Below the pieces are notes generated by a model. The model was not told the origin of the DNA. It was given only the letters and a program-made list of their open reading frames with translations, and ran no database searches. Below, one piece after another: positions 1-15,042 of a stretch of 64,000 bases of DNA (its first letter is position 1; each line of letters opens with the position of its first letter). The position numbers and the translations under genes were made by a program. This DNA comes from the human T2T-CHM13v2.0 reference genome, Homo sapiens. The DNA lies in the NCBI RefSeq assembly GCF_009914755.1, contig NC_060925.1; one strand, given 5' to 3'.

Positions 1-914
1 GCCTTAAAACACAAGCAATATAATTATTTTCAACTTGGAGCAAATTAAAATCTTATCAGCAATTTAAAATCTCTAGAGTCATCTTCTTCTGGTTAATTAT
101 TTTAAACTTGTATTTTTCTCTTTATGTTTTTAGTGAGTTCTCTTATCAAGGAGAAGATCTCAAGGTGATTATTCTTTTTTTTCTCTTCCATGCACCTCGC
201 AGGTGTGTTAATAATTTCATTTCTCAGAAAATATTCTTTCATATCTATCTTACAAGATGAGAGACCTTTTAATATCTTCCATTCGGATGTGATACCAGTA
301 ATGGAACATATTCCAGCTTCATGAATATGGTGATACAAATAGTTATTCATCTAACCTCTTTCAGTGCCAAATGTTTACTATACTCAGTGAGTTACTCAGT
401 TGACTGGTAATTTCTTCTGAAATCACTAATGAGAGGATCAGAGGTCTGGCTGTTGTCTGTACCTCATATGACTCCCAGTGCAGACAATTGTTTCTATGGA
501 GCACAGACAGTTGAAAGGATTGACTTCCTGCCTAGAATAGTTTCTGCTGTGCTTCTTATCCTTCTTGTGGAGATTTCAGATTACCTGAATTGCTTTTCTA
601 TCTTAAGAAAAAACGCAACAATTCTCCCACCTGAGAGGAATGTAAACTGAAGTAAGTTAACAGAACCAATCCATAAAGTTTTTACATTGTTTGTTGCAAA
701 ATGCAGCGCTGGTGTCTCCATCACTAACCTTTTCTATCCCTCATTGCTCTTTCTTTGACTGCAATAGGATACCTCTATGCAAATCTGTATTCCCGAGACT
801 GAGTGCCCTTTTGGTGAGCTATAAGCACACTCAATGGTAGGCTGAAATACTAGTTTTTATCTATGGCGAAATGGAATCATATCAGTGAATTTTTTAAAAA
901 GGAAATTTAACTCT

Positions 915-1090
915 TGCTATGGTTTGAATGCTTGCCCCTTCCAATCTCATGTTAAAATTTGATCCCCAATGTTGCAGGTGGGGCTCACTGGGAGGTGTTT
1001 GGTCATGGGTTTGGACCTTCATGAATGGATAAAACTCTCCCTTAGAAATCTAAAGCTATCCTCCCTCCTCGGTGCCCTCAGGAATGAGTG
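915..1090 (+). mobile_element. MaLR (MST/MLT1A-type) LTR fragment
   Basis: Begins TGCTATGGTTTGAATG...ATCTCATGTTAAAATTTGATCCCCAATGTTG...GGGAGGTGTTTGGTCATG, the typical MST-family LTR 5' end; right boundary approximate. Confidence 0.7.
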
Positions 1091-1927
1091 TACCATTCCT
1101 TATTCACCTATGATTACCCCACCCATCCTTTTTGAGATATTGACTACATGTATGTTACACTGATGCACATTGTCTGACCTATGAGTGAGTTTCTGGTTTT
1201 CTTATTTTAGTTTACCGTTTGTCCTTTAGTTTGTAATGCTTCCAATTTGTTCTATAAATGTTCTGATGTTAGGGTAAAATCCATTACTTATTCTATCTCA
1301 TGGAATTTTTATTTCAAGTATTTATTTTTCATCTATATATGTCACATTTTTCATTTTATAACTTTTATTTTTCTCCTATATTTAATTTTCATTTAAGTAC
1401 CTTGACATATATATGTATTTATCTATATGTATTTATAAAATATATTTACTTTAAGGATCTTGAAATTTCCTTCTTTTCTGTCATTTATAAATGACTTATT
1501 TTTATCCTGTTAATATATATTTTAATTATATATGTCTTACAGCTTCTTTGCATTTCAGAGTTTTTTTTTGGGTATTTTGATGTTATGCTATTGAATATCT
1601 AGATTTTATTGGCTACCTTTGAATAATGTTGTGACAGGCAGTTCAGTAACTTCAGGATGAGTATTTGTCTGTTGTTTTAAATCTTCTCTTTAAACTTTGT
1701 TGAGTTAGTCTAGAGCCATCTGTAATTTGGAGCTAAATGAGCACTGTCACTAGGGCATGAACCTCCAGTGGTCTTTACTGAATATCCTGGAGGTACAGAG
1801 GGGATTCCCTTCTCTGATTAGAATTTGGAATATAAAGAGAAAAGAGAAAAATAGAAAGCTATGCATAAACACGTGCATTAAAATGAATTTTATGTGGGCT
1901 TTTTCATGAAAATGTTCCTAAGGTATT

Positions 1928-2160
1928 TTATTTTTTTTATTGTGGTAAAATGCACATAACATAAAATGTAATCTGTTAACCATTTTAAGTGTACAGTTCA
2001 GTGGTACTAAATATAGTCATAACATTGTGCAGCCGTCCCTACCATCCATCTCCATAATTCGTTTCATCTTGTAAAACTGAAACTCTATACCCATTAAACA
2101 ATACTTCCCCATTTCCTCCTTCCCCCAGCTTCTGGCAACCATCATCGTACCATCTCTATA
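1928..2160 (-). mobile_element. L1MA/L1MB 3' end fragment
   Basis: TTTTATTGTGGTAAAAT...ACCATTTTAAGTGTACAGTTCAGTGG...AAACTGAAACTCTATACCCATTAAACAAT...CTGGCAACCA matches the reverse complement of old L1M 3' UTRs. Confidence 0.75.
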
Positions 2161-4114
2161 ATGCTAATCAAGCATAGTGGCTGTGTTTCTTGCTTCCTCT
2201 AGTCCGCAGGTAGCATACAAATGTAATAAACTACTTATTCATGTCGCATCTATTTATTTTCTGCCTTATACCAAGCTTGTGGGATTCTCTTAAATACAAC
2301 ATTTTTATACTTACACCTATGCAATACCCATTAGCATCGCCTTCCTAAATCAGGGGAAATTGAGCTTCTGTCAGGTGGAGTAACTTCCTAAGATATAAAA
2401 CTCAGCATTGAAGTCTGTATACTTCAATATCCTGCCCTCTTCTCATGTGTCTTTACTGCCTTTTATGTATGTGTTAGATGTTCAACAAATTCTCTTTTTT
2501 AAACTGAATTTAAGCCGTGGAGCAGTGTTTTGTTGAACAATAAATATGATATAGGACACTCTTCCTCCTTTTCATGTATGATCCTGTTCATGAAAAAGAG
2601 AAATTCTTTCATTGTGCTAGAAGCTTAAAATAATGAAAATGCCACTTTCTACATTAAACAGAAACTGAAGGGAATCAAGGTGAATTGCATGAGACATAGA
2701 AAACAAGTGGGAAAGAAATCTAGTATAATTTGCCCTTTGTGTACCTTTATTATTTAGCGTTTGAGTAAATGATTCCCCCAAATATCTTCCCATCTCAATT
2801 CATGTCTATAAAGTAGACGTTTATGTCTCACCTTGTCAAGAAGGGCAAAGTCTAACATAAACATTTCCCAAAAATGCTTCCTGCTAAAACGTAAGCTCAG
2901 TCTGGCTAGAAATGCAGCTCACTTCCTAAAGATTAATTGGTAGCTAATTTTGCATGCTGTTCTCTGAACTTGAGTGTAACCTGTCCGTCAGGCATACAGG
3001 GAATGACGGGAAAGGTGACAACAGAAGATGAATGCTATGTCACTAACCTTCAAAGATGACCTGCCTTTTCTTTCAAATTCTTGATATCTTAAGACTTCAT
3101 TAATTCATCTCTCTTTTCCCTTGGTTCAACATTTTGCTATACCAAAACTCATGTGAGACAATGACCTAATGTAATAAAAATGGCATTTTTCTTTCATGTA
3201 GTTGCAAGCTAACTGGCATTTTTACAATCCACATATTTCCTTTGTCAATTTTTCATTCTGTATTGGAAGTAATTGATGGGTATTTCTGAAGGGATGAAGG
3301 TGTTTCTGTGTTCATTGTGATCCAAACTATTTCTAGACCTAGGGGCCTTTGTAAACAATTTGTGCCCACTGACCAAGGATCACTGTGGCAGAAAGCAGCA
3401 AACTTGCATAAGATGTCACTGCTTCATAGGTTGGCTTTGAAAACTAGGGGCTTACTCTATACTCTTATGAATAAAAGACATTGATAGATGTAGTATAAGA
3501 TTACAATCATATTTTCCTTTTGACAGTCACATTATAAATCAAGATGTATTGCAATTAATCTCAATTAGCTGATCACAATTAAAATTAATAATGTTTATTA
3601 TTGCTGATAAAAATCATGTCTCTCCTGTTCTCAAATGTGCAAGTAATTCTTGTAATTTTAATACAAATTTGCATATTATTATTAATTGATTTAATCTCAT
3701 TGGATTTGGTTCATGGATCCAATTTATTAAAATATTGATAATGGGATAATGAGTTGTCTCCCCATTTCATGTACACTAAAAACAACATTTCTTACAATGG
3801 TCTGCAAGCCCATCATCATCTGCCTCATGTTAACCGCCAAAATTCTTTTATATCTTCACCCTTGATCTTACCAGTGGTCCTGGCCACCTCACTGTCCTCT
3901 GGACATACCAACATGCTGCTGCCTTACGATCAAGACTCTAGTTAATTTTTTGGCTTGGAAAGATAGCCCTCCATATATCCATTGATCAGCTCATTCAACT
4001 TCCTCAGGTCTTTACTGAAACTTCACATTCTCGATGAGGCCTATTCAGTATTTCAAACTGCATCCCAGCTGCAACATTCCAAAACCCCTTACTCTTCTGT
4101 GTATTTTTGAAAGG

Positions 4115-6610
4115 ATTTATTGAGATATAATTTACATAGTGTAGAGTGCACACATTAATGTCTACAAGTCAGTGGCTTTTAGTATATGTACAGATAAGTG
4201 GAGCCACCATCACAATGAATTTTAGAGCATTTTCATCACTTCAAAAAGAAACCCCACCTTCCCTAGCTGTTAACCTCCTATGCACCCATCCCCTACTCAA
4301 TCCTAAGCAACCACAAATCTGTTTTCTGTCTCTATAGATTTTCCTATTCTGTTTTCATCTAAATAGAATCGTACAATAGGTGGCCTTTTCTGCCCGGCTT
4401 CGTTCAGTTGGCATAATGCTATCAAGGTTCATGTACGTATTGGTACTTTATTTCTTTTTATAACTGTATAACATTCAATTTCATGGATATAACCTTTTGT
4501 TTATCCAATAGTATTTTTATTGACATTTGAGTTGTGTTCAGCCTTTGGCTATTTTAGGTACTGCTGCTAAAAATACTTGTGTACAATTTGTGTTTGAACA
4601 CCTCTTTCCAATAATCTGGGTGTATACCTAGGAATAAATTTCTGGGTCATATGACAATTCTATGTTTCATATATTTAGAAGCCATCAAATTATTTTCCAA
4701 TGTGGCCAGTTCTAGCCATAGAGTATCTAACTGTGGTTTTGATTTGTAGTTGCCTGAAGAGTGATGCTGTTGAGTATATTTTTATGGGATTATTGACCGT
4801 TCATGTATCTTCTTGGGAAACACATCTATTCCTATCATTTATCAGTTTTGAGTTGGGATATTTGTGACGGAGTTAAACCAATTTTTCTATATTCAAGATA
4901 CATATATATATACAGACATATAGATACGTGTTTTTCAAATATCTTCTCACAATTTTGGAGCTGCCTTTTGACTTGCTTGGTTGTCCTCTGAAACACCGAT
5001 GTCTTTAATTTTTAAGAAATTTTAAATATCTAATTTTTATTCTGTTGCTCATGTTTTTGGGGTTACAGCTATTTCTTTGCTAGATCCAAAATCCTGAAGA
5101 TTTTCCCATATGCTTTATTCTACCTCTTGCATGTGTGTCTTTAATTCATTTGAGTTAATATTTTTGTATGCTTTGGGGTAAGGGTTCTAATTTATTATTT
5201 TGCAAGTGGTGATCCACGTGTACGTTGTTGACCCAGTGTGTTCAAAGACTGTCTCTTCCTCATTGAATTGCACATGGCACCACTTTAAGAATCCATTGAC
5301 TGTAGACACATAGTTTTATATATGGACTCTCAATTCTCTTCCATCAATCTATATATTTTTCCTTCATCAATGTTGTGTTGTCTTGATTACTGATACTTTG
5401 CAGTAAGGTTTGGAGCATGGGGTGTGAATTATCCTAATATGTTTTCTTTCTTCAAGATTATTTTGGCTATTTTGAGTCCCTTACAATTTCATGTGTATTT
5501 TAGAATCAGCTTGTCAGTTTCTAGACACAAGTCTGTTGGGATACTTGCAGGGATTTCATCAAATCTGTAGTTCAAATTGTAAAGTACTACAATATCAAAT
5601 CGTCCAATTCATGGGTGTAAGGTGTTTACTAATTATTTAAATATTCTTTAAACAATAATTTTTAATTTTCAGAGTAAAATCTTGTATCACATTTTCCAAA
5701 TTAATTAATATTTCTTTTTTTATGCTATTTTAAATTGAAGTGTTTTCTTAAATTCATTTTGGGGTTTTCATTGCAGATGTGTGCAATTGATTTTTGTACA
5801 TTTACCTTGTCTGCTGTAATATTGCTGAAATAATTTACGAGTTCTATCGTTCGGTGGATTCCTTAAAATTTTCTATATACAACAATGTTATTTTCAAATA
5901 AAGTTTTATTTCTTCCTGTTCAATATGGGTGACTCTTGTTATTTTAGTTGCCGATTTGCCCTGCATAAAATCTTTAGTACAGTGTTGACTAGAAGAGGTC
6001 AAAGTATATATCCTATTCTTATCTCTGACCATAGCGGGAAAGCATCCTTTACCATTAAGTTGCCTGCTTGCTGTTGGCTTTTCACAGGTGCCATGTATCT
6101 GGTGTAGAAAGTTCTCTATTCCTGGTTCATTGAGTTTTTATTTTTATTTTTAATCATTAAAGCTTTTGGATTCTGTTAAATGTGTTTTCCGAATCTATCG
6201 AGATGATCATGAATTCTCTTTTCTTATTCTATGGATAAGATGTATTACCTTAATGGATTTTGGGCTGTTAAACCAACCTGGGATTACTTGTATAAATTTC
6301 ACTTTGTCATAGTGTATAATTCTTTTATATGTTGCTAGATCTGATTTGTTAGTATTTTTTAAGGAATTTTGCATTTATACTTATAGTAGTTTTATTTTTC
6401 TATGCTATTTGGACTAATTTTTGTATCAAAGTAACACTGGCCCCACAGAATAAATTGGAAAGTGAATATTTCTCTTTTTTAAAAAAGCTAGTCAAGAATT
6501 AATATCAATTATTCAACACTAACAAATATTATTATTATAAATTATTAATTTCTCTAATTTTAATTTTCTTCCTTCTGCTTGCTTTAGGTTTAGTTTGCTA
6601 TTCGTTCCAG
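4115..6610 (-). mobile_element. Old LINE-1 (L1MB/MC/MD-type) 3' UTR and ORF2 fragments
   Basis: TTTATTGAGATATAATTTACATA 3' end followed by T-rich degenerate ORF2-like text (TTTAGAATCAGCTTGTCAGTTTC, GGGAAAGCATCCTTTACCATTAAGT). No intact ORF; boundaries approximate. Confidence 0.75.
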
Positions 6611-6689
6611 TGCCTTAATGTGGAACGTCATCTTATCTCATCCTTTCATTTGTCTTTTCATTTTGTAAATAGTGTCTTGTTAGCATCAG

Positions 6690-7085
6690 GTGAGCTCCCC
6701 AGGTTGGTAGTACTCCATGTTTGTTGCTGTACAACAATGACAGGTAATATGTCCTGAAGACAATGGAAACTTAACCTTCAAAATCTCCTAGATTCCACCT
6801 TATATGATATGTCTCTTCTATTGGTCCTAATTTCTACCCTTTCTCTATTATAAACCATGAGTACAATGGCATTCAATGAGTTCTGTGAGTCTTTCTAGTA
6901 AATTCTTGAAACTGAGGGTGTTCAGGGGAAACCCCTGAACTGGCAGTTGGTGTCAGAAGTGAGAATCTTCTTACATGGCCTCTTCCTTTGAACTGTGCAG
7001 CTGGACGCAAACTCTGCACAATTTGGGCCAGAACTCTCGTGTTGACTTTGTAGCCTAAAGTATCTTGTAGTTTGTCTAACCCTCA
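6690..7085 (+). mobile_element. MER21-type LTR fragment
   Basis: GAGTTCTGTGAGTCTTTCTAGTAAATTCTTGAAACTGAGGG...GGAAACCCCTGAACT...GTTGGTGTCAGAAGTGAG resembles the MER21 3' region. Confidence 0.55.
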
Positions 7086-7592
7086 ATAAATTTGCTTTCA
7101 TCAAATATTGTATTTGTTACCCCAAAATTACCATCACGTTTTTTTTTCTCCAAATAACTAACATAGGAGAAATAGCCAGCTGAGTTTGTAACTCGACAGA
7201 AATAAGTGATCCATATACCATATACCATATAAGTGGCCATTTCATTTTGCCTTCTTCCACCAAATCTTAGCAACCTCAACCATTACCAAGAGCCACTGTA
7301 GGCCTACCAGCTACAAACAAACGAGTATCTTGTAAAAACACTTCATACTCCCATTTGATAATTTTCCCAGCAAAGAGATGCCTACTTTAACTCTATGCAA
7401 GTGGCTCATATTCACGAAGTCTGTAGATATTATTCATGTAGAGTGAGAAAATCATCCCAGCGGTGCCAGCACATTCTCCTTCCCATGATCTGCTTAGTTT
7501 GCAAACATATTCAGGCCATGGGTGAGAGATTTGTATTTCACAGTACAACAATTTTATGGAGGGCATTGAAACTTACATTGAGCATTTTAGTA

Positions 7593-7933
7593 CAGTCACA
7601 CATCACTGAATGATAGGGATACGTTTTAACAGATGTATTCATAGGCAATTTTACCATTTTGCAAACATCACAGAGAGTATTACAAACACCTAGATTGTAC
7701 AGCCTACCACGTTTAGGTTATATGGTATAGCCTCTTTCTCCCAGGCTACAAATCTGTGTACTACATTACTGTACTGAATACTGCAGGCAATAAGAACACA
7801 GTGGTAAGAGGTTATGTATCTAAACATAATTAAACGTAGAAAAGTATGTAAAAATATCTATTATAATCTCATGGGACCACTTTTGTATATGTAATCCATC
7901 TTTGACTAAAATGTTATTATGCATGACATGACT
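7593..7933 (-). mobile_element. Tigger3a/GOLEM-type non-autonomous DNA transposon
   Basis: TA|CAGTCA left end, CATGACT right end, internal GGTTATATGGTATAGCCT...CCAGGCTACAA and TTATAATCTCATGGGACCAC; ~340 bp. Confidence 0.8.
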
Positions 7934-8636
7934 CTATGACAAAAATAAAATAACACATTGTAAAAAAATATACACAGGTATCAAACATATTAATATTGTA
8001 AAAATAAAAATATTTATTCAGTGTAAGAATTTGTAATGATCACAAAATGTTCACAGCTTATATTTTAGTACAGTTTCAAATGCCTAGTGCAATTGCTATT
8101 TATTTCTGTGTGTATTTTAAACATGTATATAATAAATATTTTTCAGGTTCAACAATATATATCAATCCAACTGGCTCTTATAAATATTAGTTAACATCAA
8201 TTGGTAAATTCATATATATATATACACACACGTGACTCAGTCTGTATGCGTGTATGTGTGTGTAAATGTAACTGTATGTGTGTGTAAATGTAACTGGATG
8301 CATCCTAATATTTACCCTTACCTACAAGATTTCCAAGACTCATTTATTCTCTTTAAATGGTGTGCCTTGAAAGATTTACCAAATAAAACCGCAATCGTGG
8401 AATATATCAAGATGTTATTAAATTCATCTTGTGCACATAATTGTTTCTTTAAATTTATGTTTCTTGCAAAACTTGCGGTAATGCTCATGCACAAAATAAT
8501 TTTCTAAATAAAAAATAAAAACATTTTCTCAGTCATTAATTCTTAAAAAGTATTTCTCCCCAGTAATTAATGCGAATTCATTCTTAATTCTTAATTATAG
8601 AATAATGTTGCCCTTCAGAGTTCTGAATCTTTTGCA

Positions 8637-9084
8637 CGTTGTATACATTTCACTGACTGGAACATCTTCTGGAATATTGGCATTAATTAATCTCACTCAG
8701 CAATTAATGATTTCAAAGAAATTAAATACCATTCATATTCTGAATCACAAGGGTACTTTGGCACCTAATTTAATCAAGCTCTTTGTATCATCATCTACAG
8801 TTTAATTACTTAACAAACATTTCTTTGTGTGAGAAAGATTGAGCAGGTTATTGTGCTTTTCGTTGTATACATTTCACTAAGTAGAACATCTTCTGGAATA
8901 TTGGCATTAATTAATCTCACTCAGCAATTAATGATTTCAAAGAAATTAAATACCATTCATATTCTGAATCACAAGGGTACTTTGGCATCTAATTTAATCA
9001 AGCTCTTTGTATCATCATCTACACTTTAATTACTTAACAAACATTTCTCTGTGTGAGAAAGATTGAGCAGGTTATTGTGCTTTT
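8637..9084. repeat. 224-bp tandem duplication (2 copies)
   Basis: Copy 1 8637-8860 and copy 2 8861-9084 both start CGTTGTATACATTTCACT and end GGTTATTGTGCTTTT; 6 mismatches counted by eye. Also visible as the paired near-identical 66-aa ORFs offset by 224. Confidence 0.95.
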
Positions 9085-12000
9085 TTATGATGCAACTTTT
9101 GCTTAATCTAGAGATAGGCAATGCTCCCTATAAGGGACAAAGAGAAAAATGAAAGAGCAATAGAGATGTGACAGGCATGGAAAAAGACAATACATTTATA
9201 AAACAAATAGGGCCACAGATGATGATAATGGGGATCAAATCTTGAGATACTGACTCAGTTTATAACCGCACTGTACAATAGAGCAAATCATTTGTTAATT
9301 ATTTTACAAATGGAATCTAATTTAACTAAGATGAATACAGTGTTTTAAACAAGGCAGGTCATCTTAAAATAAAATAGTGGGAAAAGTGATAAAACCAATG
9401 TAAAAATCATAAACATTTTATAAAGAATTTTTGTCATGTAATTTAATATTTTTCTTTATTTAAAATCACCCAAATCAAAATAATTTTATCTTAATTAACA
9501 AATAATCATCAGAAGTTAACTAATTTTTACTTTATAATACTAGGTTTAAAAATTCTTCACTATATTTTTAATCATACATGCTTATACATAAAATAGACAT
9601 AGGGTATATGTTTACATGTTCACAATATTATATTGTAATTGTTCCTATGGATGTGGTTTTTCAATAGAATTAATAAGTACTTTTAAAAAGTTTCAATTTC
9701 AATGATATATATGTTTGATTTTTCTTTGACAAAGCATACATATATTGATAGGTAATAATAAGAAAATCTTCTAAAGACATTACAGGAACATGAATAAGTA
9801 ATTAAATCCTCAATAATTTGTAACGTTTTATGTAAGCGGAACACATTTAACTGAAAATTGCTTTTATATAATACTCAAACGAGACTAAAAACATATTAAC
9901 TAGCGGAGTAAGTCTTCAAATTGATAATCTGAACTATAGAAGAGGAGAAACTTCAAGCACTCAAATATTTGAAATGCTACAAAATATTTATATAAACTAT
10001 TATTTAACAATTTCTGTTTGTAGAGTGCTATAGAGTAATCCATATAAATGACATCTCAGTCTTTCTATAGCTTTGACCACATTTACCTCCTAATTTTAAT
10101 TATTAATATGTTGGAGCAGTGCATACAACTAGATTCCGATCTTCCTTTTTAATGAGTAAAAATATGTCCTTTGAGACAGCATTAAAGAAAGAGCACCTTG
10201 TATAAATTCAATGCCAAGAGACAAGATATTCTTGATGCTGAAGTCTTGTTCTTTTATACAGCAATGTAATTAATAAGAAGAAGAAAAGCAGGACATAGAG
10301 ATGGAGTCTATTTTCATCAAAAATTGTCTATAGATTTTGATGATAAAATTTAAAACTCTACTATATTTAGTTAGTCACAAAAAACTAGGTTGTGGGAACA
10401 TATTTGGTCAATAAAACACCCCTACCAAATGCCGACAAGAAAAAAAGTTAGGTACCACCTTTCTTCTCTGCAGATGGCCTGAGATGGGTTAATTTGAAAG
10501 AATGCTTCCAAACCTGAGGTGACCCCTGAGAACAGCATAATCCACTGCTGTCTCCCACATTCAGTTTCTCAGTCTGTGCTCTTTTAATTTTGGGGGGAGG
10601 GAAGCCAGTCCTTTAAAGCGATCTTCAGCATGATGGCAGAGCCAAGGAGTGTGGACAGGTGGCACGGTGTCTGATTTTGTTCCAGCAGCCACTTGGGCTT
10701 TCTCTGGGTCTTCTCTGCCCTCGGGATAGCACTACTATTGAAAACATGTCTTTGTGACATTCTCTATGCCAGGAACTCCCAACATATTTTCCTTGAAACT
10801 GATGAAATGAAAAAAAATAAACCAAGAGGTGTGCTGTTTGTTTCTGTTTCCTCCTTTCTGCAGCCCTTCTTGATCATCTAATATTTTTAAATACATTGTC
10901 GATCACCAAAAGGAGCATAAGGGCTTTATTGGTTTGTAGCAGATGTATTCATAGCCCAGCCCCTATTCCTTAGCTGTAGCTGCTGGGAAGAAAACCATTC
11001 TTAACACTCTACAAGGTCTCATCTCCAGAATTTGCACCAGTTTCTAGCTGAGGACTTTCTCTAGCAGCACGGGAGCTTGTTACTGGGCATGAAGTGGGAA
11101 GAAAAGGTGAGGGTAACTAAGAAGAATCTCCCTGGATTCAGTGATGTAATTCTGAGGCATGCTCCACATAGCTTCCCATAAAATTAAGCCCAGATATCTA
11201 ACACAGGAACTTACCTCTTAACACGTGTGGTATTGGCTTTTCTGTCTTTCCTGTTTTATTTTGTTCTCTTTTCCTTGTCTCACTTTCGCTGTGTCCTCAC
11301 TCCTGCTTTAAGAATACCCAAACAAATACGTTCATTTATTTTTTTAGACTCTCAGAACACAGTTGATAGTTGAACTTGTAATCTATGATAATCAGCTTGG
11401 TTGCTGTATTGACAGGAAGATGGTGAACTCACAATGTCTAATTAAGATACAATTTAAAAAATATATTGTATCATGTCCAAAGACTTAAAAAGCCTAAGCG
11501 GCAGCGTCACAGTTTCTTCTTTTTAGTTTGCATGGTTTCTTAAATGCCTACAATTATTTTAAAGGAAGCCTTGAGTCTAGGAAAAATTGAGACATATGGA
11601 ATAAATTACTAACCCATTTCTCCTTGAAATCCATTAGATGTTTGATGATTCTTCACATATATTTCTGAACTGAAAAGCTAGTTGGGAATTATTTTTATAA
11701 GCATATCCTTATGTAATATATTGTTTCTAAGAGTGAATGGAAGGTTTAAAGATTAAATTATTCTATCCAGAGAATAAAAAACAATTATTTCACAAGGAGA
11801 ACATGTGTATGTTGACACGACATTTTAAAATCTAGATTTTAAAATAGGTCCCATATAATTTTGAGTCAATTAGAATACGTTTGTATCAGTCTGTCTACAG
11901 TTTTACACCTGTCAAATGTTACTTGAACTAAAAGAAGTACCTTGAACAATTTTGAAATTTATTATTCCTCTGAAACTGATGAAAAGAATGACGGTAGAGT

Positions 12001-14575
12001 GAAATTTGGATTGGCATAATTTAGGAGAGAAATTATTCCTTGGAGATCAACCTCTGCCAAGATAGTTTACAATGACATTGATACTTTTTGATTTACACAA
12101 TTTGTTATATAAAAAATACTAAGACGATGACAGATAATACACAGACTTTAATTAAAATTGTACTAAAATTAAAAGTCTAAATAAATTACAAGTGTACGTG
12201 GTACATCTAAACGTATGTTTATATATTTTATTTGTGCATTTTATTCCTAGGGTTCCTTTTGCTTTAGTTTGTAAAACGTTCTTATTTTTATGGCAGTGTA
12301 GTATATACTAAATAAAGAAAAATCAGGAAATAGAAAATGAAGAAGAAAACATTAGCTATTGTCAACCAAATAAAAATTGTGCAATCTCTAAGTACATGAA
12401 CGATGTATTATTTGTACAGCATGTACAATGTTTATGCTTCACAGGGTGAGGTAGAGACTGCAAAACATTGAACCTGGGACAAATAAGAAAGAAAGGAAAT
12501 TTTCACAATATATTAATATTACAGAAAATGTTGAACTTAACAGTTAAGATACAAGTAGTGAAAAATGATAGTATTTAAGGAGATCTAGAAAATGTCATCC
12601 ATACCAGTAATGTGTGAGAAGTATTAGAATAATGCTTGTATTTCTGGATTGGCATCGATTTCTATTGAGACTGGAAACATACTAGAAGTGAGCAAAAAAG
12701 AATTTAAATAGTGGATACTTGAGTTTTATACCTAGGAGTTCGAGAAATACATTTTGTTACTATCAAAGCAGTTGGCACAAGAGTGTACAACATTCCCTAA
12801 TTGTGTCTATGTGGTGAAGACATAGACAAACAGAAAATAGCAAAACAGAAATAGCAAAAAAGCACAAATAAATTTTACCTGTATTTTTACGTAAAAGCCA
12901 ATTAGAGTAGGAAAACATGAAATTTGTGTTTTATCGAAATTTTTCTCTTATAGTATAGTTGATTATATTACTGGAAAAAAATTGAAGCATTGGTATGTTC
13001 ACAAAAAAAAGTAAAAGATAAGGTCAAAACCATGGGAATGCAGGGAGCAGACAAAATACACCTAAACACTGATACTGATTTTGCCCTACGGACATGTAGC
13101 AAAATGAATGAGTGCAGATTCCTATGGTCATACATCACATAGGACAGTAAAGAAATACATAGTGTTTCCCAAGATAGGGCATCACACAGGAGCTCTTCCC
13201 TAAAGCTAGCACCAAAATTTATCTCCTCAGTATAAAGAAGAATCAGAGGTAAATTAGTCTCATTTCACATTCCCTGGAAATGGCAAATAAAAATGACTTG
13301 AGATTGGACAGATTTAAAGAAACTCAATCATTAATGATTTACAGCAATTAATTTAAAAATTGTTTAAATGTGCTGTCCAAACATACGTCCAAACACCTTT
13401 AGGCCAAGAATTAATATAATGTGGTCCCAGAATGGTGGTGCCTTTAGTAGACTCACAAAAAATTCAAATTCTCTTTGGCAAATTTTCTTCTTACTAATAT
13501 GCAAAAGTGCACAATAATAATTTTCAGAGAAAAATAAATCTTTGTCATTCAAAGGCATCTAAGTACGCAAGGAAATGATATTCCACCATTTGAAAGGAAA
13601 GCAGAAAAAGAGTACAAACAGATCCACAGAGGTTCATTAGTAGAAATATCACTGTTAGATTATAAAGCACATTTGCTTTCAAAAAATTTAAAAAAAGGAA
13701 TATATTTTTAGGAGACTAAAAAGTTGATGTAGTAAATTTGAAAAGTAGTTTGTATGTAGTATTTTAAATTAAAAACTCAAAAATGAACTCATCAGATTAG
13801 ACATGGCCATGGTGAGAGCTCATAAATATTTCAGAATGCATTACAGAAAATTTAAAAAAAGGCACAATGTGGACAGAATCATGAAGAGACATGGAAGATA
13901 CAGTGAGAAAGTGTAGCATGTGTTTAGTGAGTGTTCTCATAGAGGAAGGGAACGGGGAAGGGACAATATGTGATGGTATTTTGGCTGAAAGTTCTCTAGA
14001 GTTTTGTAAGACACTAATCCACATATTCAAAACTTCTATGCATGCTAAGCAAGCTACGATGGAGATAAACCTACATCTACATATCTCCTAGAGAAATAGT
14101 AAACAATCAGGAAGGGAAAAATATTTCAATTAGCACTAGAAAAATCAAATTACCTTTAATCATATTGAAATCTGAAAGCATGAAAGGTAAAATAAACAAT
14201 ATTATTTGTTAAGAATAATAATGCCATTCTGAAATCCTCAACCAAGAAAAATATTCATCAACCTATGGCTAAATCACATATTTAGAGACAAAAAACAAAA
14301 CACCACCAGCAGAATTCCACTAAAGAAACTCAAAGGAAACTCTGAAAACACGCTTCAGAAAGATTGAAGTTCTGAAATCAAAGAATGAACACAGAGCAAA
14401 ATATATTGTAAACATAAAGATAGATCAAAATAGAAAATTAGGTGTTGAAACAAAAGAATATTTAAAATTAGATAAGCACTGCAATATGTATGTTAGGAAG
14501 CAAATTATTAGGGCTGAAGTATTCAAAGACCCCTTAATTGTCTGACAAGAGCAGAAAGGTATGACTTTGCAACTC

Positions 14576-14878
<303 letters not shown>

Positions 14879-15000
14879 GACTTTGGAACTTTAATAAATT
14901 GACTGGACATTATGCATTTCTCTGTTGTATCTATGAAAACAATAAAAATAAAAGTCATAATTTTAAAACAAGAAGACAGAAAGTGATAGGAGAAAATGAG

Positions 15001-15006
<6 letters not shown>

Positions 15007-15038
<32 letters not shown>
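15007..15038. repeat. (TA)n microsatellite
   Basis: Perfect TA run. Confidence 0.95.

Positions 15039-15042
<4 letters not shown>

Noticed and set aside
8605-9029. Two near-identical 66-aa ORFs
   Set aside because: A by-product of the 224-bp tandem duplication with no recognisable homology.
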